Source: Octopus vulgaris
Lineage: Eukaryota
Direction of reading: 5' to 3'
DNA length: 64,000 nucleotides
Assembly: GCA_951406725.2 (NCBI GenBank)
Contig: OX597820.1
Span: 4,526,001-4,590,000, forward strand
Shown: positions 52,018 through 64,000 of the stretch, piece by piece
How the letters are laid out: every line of letters starts with the position of its first letter
Numbering within the stretch: the first letter of the stretch is position 1
The notes under the pieces: model-generated
The model's database searches: none
What the model saw: the letters and a program-made list of their open reading frames with translations, nothing else
What the model was told of the DNA's origin: nothing
Translations under genes and position numbers: made by a program

Positions 52018-52364
52018 ATCATCATCATCATTTAGCGTCTGCTTTCCATGTTGGGATGGGGTTAGACAGTTTGACTGGAAATGGTAAGCTGGAGAGTTGC
52101 ACCAGATTCCAGTCTGACTTGGCATAGTTTCTGTGGCTGGATGCTATTCATATTAAATGAATAAAGAAAAATATACCCTTGAGAACTTTTTTAAAAGGTA
52201 TTAGGAAGAGCATTGGCGTTAGGAAGGGCATCCAGCTGTAGAAACTCTGCCAGATCAAGATTGGGGCCTGGTGCAACCATCTAGTTAGCCAGTCCTCGGT
52301 CAAAATCGTCCAAACCATGCTAGCATGGAAAGCGGACATTAAACAATGATGATAATAATGATGA
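52018..52364. mobile_element. Two family B copies in opposite orientation (52018-52145 minus; 52213-52364 plus)
   Basis: (CAT)n tail at left and (GAT)n tail at right. Confidence 0.75.
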
Positions 52365-52474
52365 CTAACATTTAAAAAAAAAATATAACATTACTCAACA
52401 TGACTTGAAGTTCTGTAAGTAGGAGACAGTTTAAGCTTTCTCAGTTTTTAAACTGTTTTAATCGATTTATTTGT

Positions 52475-52558
52475 ATCTCTGATGAGAAAAATGTGACTAT
52501 GTGTATCGGGTGGAAAACTCGCCCAATAGAAATGCATTCCTCGAAACGGCTGTAAGGT
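52475..52558 (+). ncRNA. Type-I hammerhead ribozyme motif with long domain II
   Basis: atct-CTGATGA-gaaaaatg...cattcctc-GAAA-cggctg-TA-aggt: core intact, two stem II mismatches, GUA site. Confidence 0.55.
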
Positions 52559-52770
52559 TTTGTAATACTTATTTTCTTTGGATTGTAATAATGGGGCACC
52601 TGAAACCTAACATCTTGGTGAATGTTTTTTATGTATTTTGTATTCCAATGATAAAGGAACTTGACCTACGAAAATCTGTCATCCACTTTGATTTTTGTTA
52701 TATATATATATTTCAATTTTGGATTTGGTTTGCAAGATTCTTTATGGGAGTTCATGTGTTGAAGCATATT

Positions 52771-52958
52771 CTGTTGTGTCTGGGGAGAGTCATTCTCTCT
52801 TGGTGGCTTATAATTTAATACACTCACCGGTAAAATTTCCACTTACACCGAAAAGGTTGCAAGACGCAATGAAAATAAATAAATGAGTGGAAATTTTACC
52901 AGTGAGTGTGTCAAATTATAAGGCACTAAAAGAGAATGACTCGCCCCAGACACAACAG
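52771..52958. repeat. Inverted repeat, ~75-bp arms, in a TA-flanked insert
   Basis: 52771-52845 pairs with 52884-52958; the spacer has gttgc-aagac-gcaat-GAAA. Confidence 0.8.
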
Positions 52959-53133
52959 TATATATATGAAGATGATGATGATAGATGAAAAGTGGTTCGG
53001 AGTCCGTATAAATCAAAAATTTCTCCATCTCTGTTTCTCCCCCTCTCTCTCTTTCTCTCCATCTCTTTCCCTCTTTCTCCCTCTCTCTCTCTCTTTTTCT
53101 CCATCTCCCTTCTGTCTCCCTCACTCTCCCTCC

Positions 53134-53172
<39 letters not shown>

Positions 53173-53439
53173 ATCCATGACTGACACAGAAAAACCAGGA
53201 AAGATATTTATTTGAAATGTCAATCAATATTGAACTTACTTCCTCTCTCTTTATATTTCACTGCTGTTTCCTGTTTGACATCACCCACCCTATCACCCTC
53301 CCTCCCTCCCACCAATTTGATGGTATTGTACCTACACCTCTCCCTCCACCCGGTCTGATGTTATTCCTCCACCCCCCATCCCTTCACATCTCCCATGCTG
53401 GACCAATTTAACAGATATTTACTTATTAAACGCATTTCT

Positions 53440-53595
53440 TGGCTGTCTGGTTAAGAGGGTTGCTTCCAAACCACATGGTTTTCGGTTCGATCCCACTATA
53501 CAGCACCTTGGCACTTTGGCCAGGTGTTTTCTATGCAGTCCCAGGTCGACCAAATCCTTGTGAATGGATTTGATAGATGAGAACTGAAAAAACTC

Positions 53596-53600
<5 letters not shown>
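53440..53600 (+). mobile_element. SINE family A, decayed 5' part
   Basis: aaccacatggtt...ggttcgatcccact...caccttgg. Confidence 0.65.
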
Positions 53601-53631
<31 letters not shown>

Positions 53632-54124
53632 TGTCTGTCTGTGTAAATGTGTGTATGTACGGTGCCATGCAAAAGTTTTCAGCCTCTCTAAACTATTGAA
53701 AATTTCTACTAATTACCAATTTATATGTGGATGTTTTGTATTGCGTTTTTTTACAGATGAAACATTGGCCCTGTTGGGGTCACTTCCATACCTAGTCATT
53801 ATATCACATGTGGGTGGAGTAACAGGCAGAGGTAGCGATCACATGTGTGTGGAATTATATGGGATGAGGTTTTATATAGAGGTGGAGCAGGGGCACATAT
53901 GGGTGGGACTTACATCTGGGTGGAATTACACAGTTCTGGCTAGAAAAGGTTTAGCAAGGTGTTAAATGTGGCATATTTAGAGTGAGGCCGAGATGGAAAG
54001 AGGTGAATGAATTGGTTTGACTCAATTAGGGAGCAGGGGGTTACACCAGGGTCGTTAAATCGCTGCAAACTATTCCTAGATGATGCTGATGCTGATGATG
54101 ATTACTTTAATTATATTCTTCCGT

Positions 54125-54303
54125 ATTTCGTTTGCTGTTACGTTCTAAGTTCAAATTCCGCTGAGGTCGACTTTGCCTTTCGTCCTTTCAAGGTCAATAA
54201 ATTAAGTACCAGTTACGCACTGGGATCGATGTAATCAACTTAATCCGTTTGTCTGTCCTTGTTTGTCCCCTCTGTGTTTGGCCCCTTGTGGGTAGGAAAG
54301 AAA
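54125..54303 (+). mobile_element. SINE family C, 5' truncated
   Basis: Central domain and tail. Confidence 0.8.
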
Positions 54304-55169
54304 CATATATTCTTCCATCACTTCCTCCTCAAAAGGACCCGTGTCAGCAACTGTTGAGAATTTTCCTTCCTCATGGTATCTGACACCCCCAAATTGTCTT
54401 TGGGCTGTTATTACTATACTAAACCCCATTATACAGTCATCATGGCCCCTAAATTTCTCAGTGAGTTCTCTTATTCCTCTTCATCACTGACCTTTTATGC
54501 AATATCTTCTCCTGTTAAAGAAGACCCTTAATTCAACATTTTTGCTTGTTCCCTTAAAATGGGATAATTATGATGTTGCCAGTTCCAAGCAGCTGTTTCC
54601 AAACTACTTGATGCCGACAATTCTATGTTTTCCCTTCTGCTTTGAACATCAAAGAACACAGATGCCCATTTATGGAAGTGTTGTAAAAGAACACCTCTGG
54701 GATATCTGAATATCTTTGAAACTAGACAAAATATCAACTCACTTCCGTGTTAACCATCAACTCACATAGTTTTTCTTTTTTTATGACGACAAAGCAAACA
54801 AAAATTTTCTGTATTTATTAATTCTGTTTTAATGGAAACAATGTTTCGTTGCTAGGCAGCTGACCTGACAGGATTATCTACCAACTAGATTTCACGTATT
54901 GGAGTCGAGAATTTAGTTGCAAATCTCATCTGATGTTTGTGTTTAAACCTAAACCCTCTTCCTCCTTCACCGAACTCCTACTCTCACTTCTGCTCCCCTA
55001 AATGAATATTTTTCAAAACAAGATCAAACTCAGAAACCTATTCATCACTAAGTGGTTATTTTACACACAAACACACGTAAATGGGGTCAAGGACCTCATT
55101 TCACTCTCATTTCAGTTTGGTTCCAACTACAACTGGATGCCCTTCCTCACATCTACCATTTTATATATA

Positions 55170-55355
55170 TATCATCATCGTCGTCGTTTAATGTCTGTTT
55201 TCCATGCTAGCATGGGTTGGACGGTTCGATCAGGGTCCGGGAAGCCAGGAGGCTGCACCAGGCCCAGTCTGATCTGGCAGAGTTTCTACAGCTGGATGCC
55301 ATTCCTAATGCCAACCACTCTGTGAGTGTAGTGGATGCTTTTTACGTGCCACCGG
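55170..55355 (-). mobile_element. SINE-like family B
   Basis: Reverse-complement match. Confidence 0.85.
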
Positions 55356-55436
55356 CTGAAATTTTGAATTTAGTCCACAGACCCCCCCCCAGTGCCACCT
55401 TTGCAGATCATCAGGTTGGGAGCCATTGTTTTATTG

Positions 55437-55746
55437 CAATGATTCTTACCTCAGGGTCCATGTGACTCCTGGAGGCCCATATAAGATTTCGGGGGGTCTG
55501 CACTTATATTTTAAGGGTCGATGAGAAAATGTTTCTTCAGATGTATTTATTGCAAGAAATGGCTAAGTTTCATTCTCGAATGTTTAACAGGTTTCTGGCC
55601 ACCATTTCAGAATTTTGGAAGAAGTTTCTATGAAATTAGTTTTAAACATGGAATGGCTATGGAAGGGGGGTGGGGGTCCTCCAGAATAAAATAGTTATAA
55701 AAAAAGGGTCCAGAGGTAAAAAAAAAAGAACAATTGAGAACCACTG
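55437..55746. mobile_element. Possible decayed hAT-like MITE
   Basis: Ends caatgattcttac / ttgagaaccactg resemble Charlie-type TIRs; no TSD seen. Confidence 0.4.
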
Positions 55747-56239
55747 ATCTACAGAGTGAGAAGCATGAGTGATAGAAGTGTGTGAGTGGTAGTGACTGAG
55801 ACAGATGAGTGATGGGTGTCTTTAGTTTCTGTTGTTGTTCTTGTGTGCTGTGTGATGAATGGTAGTGATTGGTGTAGCAGCGAGTGACCAGGTGAATGGG
55901 GAGGTGTTGGTGGTGTGTGACTTAGCCGAGCCATGCAAGTGTGGAAAAATATACAGAAAATAATGATGGTGATGATGATGATGCATGCAATAATGTAGAC
56001 ATCATCATATATAATGTATATGAGGGTATTTGAAATTGCGCCGATATTTGGTTGATTGCTGTTGGGCATGGGCAGAGATTGTCCTGGGTCCTCTGTGTGC
56101 GTTTTTCCTGTTTTTCCAAATGTTCCTTTTTCATCAGTTGTTGAGCGTCCCCCCAAAAGGAGTCAATGCTAGATGTGCCGAAACAATTGTTGTGGTTAAT
56201 AATATATTCTCGTATATTCTATCTTCCGCCTTTCATTTG

Positions 56240-56284
<45 letters not shown>

Positions 56285-57581
56285 TAATAATATAGGGTGA
56301 AATTAATTAATTTGGAATAATCATTAATTTCACCAAGTAGATTTCGGCATGTAAAAGCCCCATTCGAGGAAAGTTTAAGTAATACTTAGTATATATATAT
56401 ATATTATAGGATGTTTATAAAGTCCCTTTACAATATGGTGTTTACAAATATGGAAGTTGTACAAATAATTTATGGACAGCCTCTGTGTGTGTGTGATGTT
56501 TTGCTTCTTTTATGCTCTCTCTCCTCACACTATTGTCAGTTGACAACTGGGTCTGCACAAATGGCTGATGGTTGTTGTTGCTCCACACACTGTAGGTCAA
56601 AGAAACAACTGATTGCTTACGATTTCCTCTTTTTCTTCTTTCTTATCCTCACCTTCATTCTCACCACCACCACCACCACCACCACCACCGCAATCATCAC
56701 CACCACTACCGCTGCCACCACCACCATCATCATCAAAGTAAACAGAATTAAGTTTAGTCAAACAACACCTAGCACTGACTTCTGATTCTTCAAAAGACTC
56801 CCAGCAACAACAACAACAACCCCAAAGTTGTCTTTTAATAGGAGAAACCCTGCTAATTTGTGATGTAATAATAGTTTTTGTTTATAGACTGTCCAGACAG
56901 TTGTGTTGTTAGAACTACAGATGCACAGATGTAGGCAGAAGGTGTGCAGCGTTTAAACAGATGTTGGCGCTAACTGTTGCAGAACAAAGGACATTTCTAA
57001 GAAAAATATTGCCACAGTCAGCACTCTCATATGTTAATAGTCTTTAATTTATGTGTTCTGGCACAATTAATTAACTTTTTGCAGAGGGTTTTGTTGAAGA
57101 ATTTAGTTATTCCACACACCGTATCCTTAAGCGAATGTTGTTGTTTTGCGAAAGTTCTTCAAAACATTGATTGATGCTGAAGAAATAATTGAAATGTCTT
57201 TTATTTTGACCTGTTTTGGTAATTGTTAGAATTTCTGGCATCATTTCTGACTTGACTGGTTCAAACTGGTTCCCAGCTTGACAATTCCTTTACACAACAC
57301 TACCACACACTACGCAACTATACATTACATTATAGTACCATGCACTTCAGTACCATGTGTTACACTACTAAGTGCTATACTGCAGTACCTTATAGAACGG
57401 CACCATATACTATGATACCCTAGGCAGTACTATCGAGCCCTATATTTCATGCAATCTTATCAATTAATCTTATCCATATTATACCAGAGACAAGTTGTAT
57501 GACTTCTCTGTAGTTTTGTCTACCATAAACACATCAAAACTTTCCTGAATAATACATACATACATACATACATATATATAT

Positions 57582-57930
57582 ATCATCATCATCATCATCA
57601 TCATCATTTAGCGTCCGTTTTCCATGCTAGCATGGGTTGGACGGTTCAACTGGTGTCTGTGAAGCCGGAAGGCCGCATCAGGCCCAGTCAGATCTGGCAG
57701 TGTTTCTACGGCTGGATGCCCTTCCTAACACCAACCACTCCGTGAGTGTAGTGGGTGCTTTTTACGTGCCACCCGGAGCTGGCAAACGGCCACGAACGGA
57801 TGGTGCTTTTACGTGTCACCGGCACGGGGGCCAGGCGAGGCTGGCAACGGACGCGAGCAGATGGTGCTTTTACTTGCCACCGGCACGGGGGCCAGGCGAG
57901 GCTGGCAGCAGACACGATGATCGGATGGTT
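57582..57930 (-). mobile_element. SINE-like family B with ~60-bp internal tandem repeats
   Basis: Body plus repeated ggcacgggggccaggcgaggctggca unit. Confidence 0.85.
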
Positions 57931-58067
57931 CGCTTAACCACATCTGCAACTTCCACTGATGTTGATCGGCCTCAATTTTGGTTCTGCTTTCTGATGACTG
58001 TTCTCACTGGTCTTGCCGGGTCTTCTCACGCACAGCATACTTCCATAGGTCTCGGTTTCTATATATA

Positions 58068-58650
58068 TATCATCATCATCATTTAATGTCCACTATCCAT
58101 GCTAGCATGGGTTGGACGATTTGACTGAGGTTTGGCAAACCAGACTCCAATCTGATCTGGCAGAGTTTCTACAGCTTGGTGCCCTTCCTAACGCCAACCA
58201 CTCCGAGAGTGTAGTGGGTGCTTTTACATGCCACCAGCACAAGGGCCAGTCAGGTGGTACTGGCAACGGCCATGCCCAAATGGTGCTTTTTACATGCCAC
58301 CTGCACAGGAGCCAGTCCAGCAGCACTGGTGACGACCTCACTCGAATATTTCACGTGCCACAAGCACAAGTGTTAGTAAGGCGATGCGGTACCGATCATG
58401 CTCGAATGGTGTGCTTAAACGTGCCATCGGCACAAGGGCCAGCTTGTTGCTCTGGCAACGATCTCATTCATAATGGTACTCTTAGCACTCCACTAGCAAC
58501 GGATGCCAGTCACCGAGTTTGATTTCAACTTCGATTTCCCTTGCCTCAACAGGTCTTTGCAAGCAGAGTTTAGTGTCCAATGAAGAAAAGGCAGGCATAA
58601 GTGGACTGGTTACACCCCTGGCATAGGCCACGGGTTATGGTCACACTTGC
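58068..58650 (-). mobile_element. Long family B copy with diverged 5' repeats
   Basis: Body plus several diverged ~60-bp units. Confidence 0.7.
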
Positions 58651-59247
58651 GCTTGCCTGGTATATATATATAATGCTTAACCTTGGCATAAAGCCACCTC
58701 CTGCCCCTCTAATACTCCCCTCCTCCCCCGCACTTAGTAATGGGAGATTTCCCCTTCTTCCTTGTCCTTTCTTTCTGCTTTGCAAGTTACTTGGCAACTC
58801 CACTATTGTGTTGGTGGCATGAAAACATGCACCCAGTACATTCCGTAAAGTGGTTGGCATTAGGAAGGGAATCCAGCTGTAGAAACCATGACATTGGTTC
58901 ACCATACCCCATTAAATCATCCAACCCATGCCAGCACAAAAAACGGATTTTTGATGATGCTTATATATATATATAATCTGTTTGGTGTTGACTGATGGTG
59001 AAAAATGTACAAAATACCATTGTAGAGATTAAAAACGATATATTTTACTCAAGTCAGTCTCTTGCTAATAAATTGTAACTTGCCTGAAGTATCTTGTACA
59101 CTTTGTGGCAAAACTTAGAGCAGGAAGAGACTGACTCAACTAAAATAAAATGTAATATATATATATATATATATCATGGTCAGTCGCCATGATAGATCGT
59201 TAGCCACTACACACATGTTTTTCTCTCCTTGTTTTTTTTCTGTGTCC

Positions 59248-59283
59248 CTTTCTGTAGAAGAGCGTAGGCTCGAAACGTAAAAG
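59248..59283 (+). ncRNA. Minimal hammerhead motif, A6U variant (in repeat ~59175-59372)
   Basis: cttt-CTGTAGA-a-gagc-gtag-gctc-GAAA-cg-TA-aaag: perfect stems, palindromic ACGT stem III, GUA site. Confidence 0.65.
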
Positions 59284-60636
59284 ACTTTTTTCTATTCCTG
59301 AGCGTTATACTAATACATCTGTTTGTTTTGTACACCACCTGTCTTCGTCTTCTGTCTTTTTCTCAAATCCCTATATTCATCCACTTCTATCTATCTCTAT
59401 GTAGAGATAGATAAATACACAGGTAGCTAAGATAAACGTGTTTTTGCCTGCAATTCATAATCTGTCTGCTCTTACTCTGAGACAGTCTATCACAAAGCTT
59501 TCAATATTTAGTCATCAATCTTGATATTCCCATCCAACATTAGTCTGTGAGATAAACAGATATATTCCAATAATCCTTCTTCTAGGAGAGCCTCGTTTGC
59601 AGTGTTGTTTCAAGTTTTCTCTACGAGGAAGTAAGTCACTGAAACTGCATACAACTTCCTCCTCACACACACACTCTCTCTTCCTCTCTCTCTCACACGT
59701 AACTTTCTTTCTTCCTTCCAAGAAGAATGACTACGAATGTTTGTGTTAGTCAGGGTGACAAAGTACTTGAAATATTGTGTTTTTCATGTGGAGATGTCTG
59801 TCTGTGTGTCTGTTTATATGCACAATATGACTTGAGCTTGAGTAAATGACCAGCATTCATACACACATACCAAACACACACACACACACACATACATACA
59901 TATACATATATATACATATATAAACACTTCACTTTCTGTATATATAACTTCACATCTGTCTATAGACTGTAAGTGTGTGCGTGTGCGTATGTATATGCAT
60001 TTATGCTCATCTGCACGTACATATACAAGGAAATACACGTGTGTGTGTGTGTCTGTGTGTGTTTGTCTGTGTGTGTGTGTGTCTGTGTGTGTGTGTCTGT
60101 GTGTGTGTGTGTCTGTGTGTGTGTGTACATAGACAGACAATCCTATACATACATGTGCACACATACAGATACAGGCATCACACCCACACATATATATATA
60201 TCAGTATATTTGTACGTATATCATCATCATCATCATCAGCTCAAACCTAAATATCTCATTGCTTGAATGACGTCAAGAATGGCCAGTTCTACAGATGTCA
60301 GCATTTGTCCCTCTTCAGAACTCGGTCACTCTGGTTATTGTCTTCAAGATTATTATTCCATCTTCTGACATTTTCTGAGATTCTCCATTGACCATTGCTT
60401 AATTTGTTCTTCCCTCAAAGCCGTATATCTACCAGAGTGACTGAGTTCTGAAAGTGGACAACTGCTGACAATTTATGTCCCTAACACTAACTGAATGATA
60501 ACTAAGTTATTTTACTAAATTCTTTTTTGTATTTTAAATTAATTGAAAGAAACCCAGAGCATCTCAACAGAAATACAGTAACAAAAGGGGTTAAAGAAAC
60601 CAGAATACTAGCAGAAGCCTTTATATATATATACAC

Positions 60637-60975
60637 TTTTACTCTTTTACTTGTTTCAGTCATTTGACTGCGGCCATGCTGGAGCACCGCCTTTAGCAAA
60701 TCGACCCCGGGACTTATTCTTTGTAAGCCCAGTACTTATTTTATCGGTCACTTTTGCTAAGTGATGGGGATGTTAACACACCAGCATCGGTTGTCAAGCA
60801 ATGCTAGGGGGACAAACACAGACACACAAACACACACACACATATATATATATACATATATACGACGGGCTTCTTTCAGTTTCCGTCTACCAAATCCACT
60901 CACAAGGCATTGGTTGGCCTGGGGCCATAGCAGAAGACACTTGCCCAAGATGCCACGCAGTGGGACTAAACCCGA
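60637..60975 (-). mobile_element. SINE family A, lacking the 5' head
   Basis: Reverse-complement match. Confidence 0.85.
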
Positions 60976-61204
60976 TATATATATATATATATATATATAA
61001 GGATAAGATCGTTAATTTAAAATAAAAAAACGAACTTATCAAGTGGTCAGCATGGAAAAAATAACCTTCAAAAGGTAATAATTATTAAAATTATAAATTA
61101 GGGTATTTAATTAGTAATTTTTTAGTAGTTTCATCTTGTCTCTTTGTCTTCTCTCCATGTTGCTATATGAAAACTTAAGGCGGTTTTAGAGTCGGATCAT
61201 GGTG

Positions 61205-61233
<29 letters not shown>

Positions 61234-61236
<3 letters not shown>

Positions 61237-61523
61237 TGGAACCTTGATTTATGAACAATTTTTCAAACCTAAAATCTCTTTGGGTGATGGATGTTGTCTT
61301 GAGTAAAGAACATGAAAGCCAGCGGCAATGGTTGGTGAGAAGCTGGGTGGATCAGCAGGGGAGCCTCCGTCACTGATCAGCTTCCGTTCAATGCAGATTC
61401 CTGCTTGAATATGCTGTGCCTTCTCTTGAATGCTTTCTGGGTAAAGTAGTTTTCGTTTAGGAACATTTTGGGTGACAGACAACCTTTGGAAACAAATTAA
61501 ATTCGTAAACCAAAGTTCCACTA
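61234..61523. mobile_element. Tc1/mariner-pogo type MITE
   Basis: TIRs cagtggaaccttgatttatgaa / ttcgtaaaccaaagttccacta. Confidence 0.7.
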
Positions 61524-62007
61524 CATATGTGTGTGTGTCTCTGTGTATGCTTGTGCGTATTTACACACACACACACACACACACATTTACATATTGCTAA
61601 AATTAAAATTGTTTGTGTATGTGTGCCTTGTGCCTTGTGGTTTTAGTGAAAATAGTCCTTTGGGGGGTCAAAAATATTCCAACAAACGAACTCTAAAAAC
61701 ACTTGCCCTTTTTGCATCTTATTTACATTTCTGGGTCCTGGAACCCTTGAAACAAGACAAAAAAAATTTTAAAAATTTTCTTCCTGGTTTTATCATTATA
61801 GGGAAACAATTTCCAGCTATTCATGAAAGAGGGAACCAGTAAATAATAGTAACATAAGCACATACACAGCAGTAAATGCTTAAAAAAAAAAAAACAAGAC
61901 ACGCACACATGCAACATGCATGTACAACACAGACACATGGACAAAACACACACACACACTAACATATAATGGCAAATGTATATACACAAACAGATGAAAC
62001 ATATGGA

Positions 62008-62061
<54 letters not shown>

Positions 62062-62648
62062 TATGGCACATGTGTACCTAGGCCTTAATAGTATTTCACA
62101 TTTTGTGAATGAGCATGTGGAGGAATAAATTTAGAAACAGAAACAGATTCTTCTTGGTGCCTTATTTTGGGTAGAAATGGATGTCATGTTTGAAGAAATA
62201 TAAAACAAAATATAGACATGCATGTACTTCCTCATATGTAGGTGTGTGTGTGTGTATGTATATATATATATATATATATATAAATAAAATATATGAATAC
62301 ATACAAACATATATGTACGTACCTACATCTACATGTATATATATACATGCATATATAAATATATATACGTGTGTACAGGACACCACAAATAGACGTAGAA
62401 CTCAATGAGAAACGAAAAAGTAAAAACAAGCATGGAACGGACCATTTTTTTAACAACGAAAAAACAGAGTACAAGACATACAACACAAGGCAAAATCCCC
62501 TTCGTCAGCCGTCCCTGGTTCAACTCCAGCGTGTTTTATGTAAACGCACACGGCATTTATATTGCTAAAACATAAAGTGGTGTGTATAAGTTTGTGTGTC
62601 TATGTCTCTAATTTACACTTGCTCCCTGATATTTTTACGCATCCACCT

Positions 62649-63091
62649 ATCATCATCATCATTGTTTAACGTCCGCTTTCCATGCTGGTATAGGTTGGAT
62701 GGTTTGACTGAGGTCTGGAGAGCCAGGAGGCTGCACCAAGCTCCAGTCTGATCTGGCAGTATTTCTACGGCTGGATGCCCTTCCTAACGCCAACCACTCC
62801 GTGAGTGTAGTGGGTGCTTTTTACGTGCCACCCGCACAGGTGCCAGATGGAGCTGGCAAACGGCCACAGACGGATGGTGCATTTATGTGCCACCGGCACG
62901 GGGGCCAGGTGAGGCTGGCAACGGCCACGAACGGATGGTGCTACGTGCCACCGGCACGGGGGCCGGACGATGTTGGCAATGGCCACGAACGGATGGTGCT
63001 ACATTCCACCGGCACGGGGGCCAGGCGAGGCTGGCAACGGCCACGTACAGATGGTGCTTTTTACGTGCCTTTTACGTGCACGTAAAAAGCA

Positions 63092-63095
<4 letters not shown>
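62649..63095 (-). mobile_element. SINE-like family B with four ~60-bp internal repeats and a terminal fold-back
   Basis: Body plus repeats with a period of ~59-60 bp; 63051-63068 is inverted at 63078-63095. Confidence 0.85.
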
Positions 63096-63126
<31 letters not shown>

Positions 63127-64000
63127 TATAAAATGTATATACTTGTATTAGAAAAGGCTATTCTGGTGAGGAAACCATGCCAAAGAGGACGTAGGAGCAC
63201 AATGCAATCCTTGGACTGACCGGATTCCTTTGAATCCTCCTCCAGTTCATGCCAGTATGGAACCAGGATGGTAAATGATGACAATGACGCTTGCATGCGT
63301 ACACACTTTCACGCATAGAATGCTTGCATCATTTGGATGGAATTTGCTGAGGCAGGTTTTCTTCTGAACTACATGTCCATGCCTACACACACACGCACAC
63401 ACACATACACTCTCACACACAGTAATCTGTATACACATATATGTGTTGTTTACTTTTATTGTGGGTTATTAAACTACAGGTAAAATTTTAAGAATTAAAA
63501 TGTAAAAGCAAACTGAATTCTGTGTAACAAGGAGGATAAACGATGTGTTTGAAATGTTCAGGTTATGCAGAATTGCTATAAACCTTTGTCAACAGAATAG
63601 CTCAACCTTAATGCTGTATTGCCTGGGCAACGCCGGGTATCTAATGCGTGTGTATACCTATAAATATATACTTACATATATTCATACATATACATATGTG
63701 TGTGTACACATACAAACATGCATGTGTTTGTATGTGATTGTGTATATATATATATATACACGCACATATATATAATACATATTCACTCATGCATACATGC
63801 ATGTATGTGTATATATACATATATGTGTGTATGTATATATATGCAAATGCATGTGTGTGTGCACATGCATATATGTGTGTGGAGAAGCCTAGGGCTGAAT
63901 TGAGAGAAATGCAGGAAATCTGAGCCGGGTCCTCAGGTGAGAATTCCTCACAGGAACCCATCTCTGTGATAATAATGACTGATGATAACTTTGATAATTT

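Noticed and set aside
57800-57910. HDV-like ribozyme in the family B tandem unit (ccagcctcgcctggc resembles HDV P3/L3)
   Set aside because: Could not find P1, P1.1 or P2 pairings for the nested double pseudoknot.
62470-62512. Minus-strand CTGACGA as a hammerhead
   Set aside because: No GAAA or stem III at a suitable distance.
63620-63645. Helitron 3' hairpin (cctgggcaacgccggg)
   Set aside because: No CTRR terminus or traceable 5' end, so not called as an element.

Overview
AT-rich, repeat-saturated animal DNA, most consistent with an octopus/cephalopod intron or intergenic region (an inference from repeat content). I could not support any host protein-coding exon; almost all six-frame ORFs are translations of (TA)n/(CA)n/(GA)n/(GTA)n microsatellites or SINEs. 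Recognisable content: dozens of copies of about four SINE-like families, a decayed pogo/Tigger transposase with two nested SINEs (~26.8-28.9 kb), LINE 3' remnants (R4/Dong, CR1, RTE, possibly Tx1), three non-autonomous Helitron copies, several MITEs, and a 4.8-kb 56-bp satellite with higher-order structure. The most notable signal is about a dozen type-I hammerhead ribozyme (HHR) motifs from roughly 8-9 unrelated sequence contexts. They are of the minimal, palindromic-stem-III kind typical of Penelope-like elements, and many sit in short fold-back elements inside (TA)n. They include a family with a compensatory G3-C8 core swap, a family with a shared A6U core, and one TSD-flanked element combining a tRNA-type Pol III promoter, an HHR and an inverted terminal duplication. 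All structures were read by eye; most SINE boundaries are approximate and ribozyme activity is untested.
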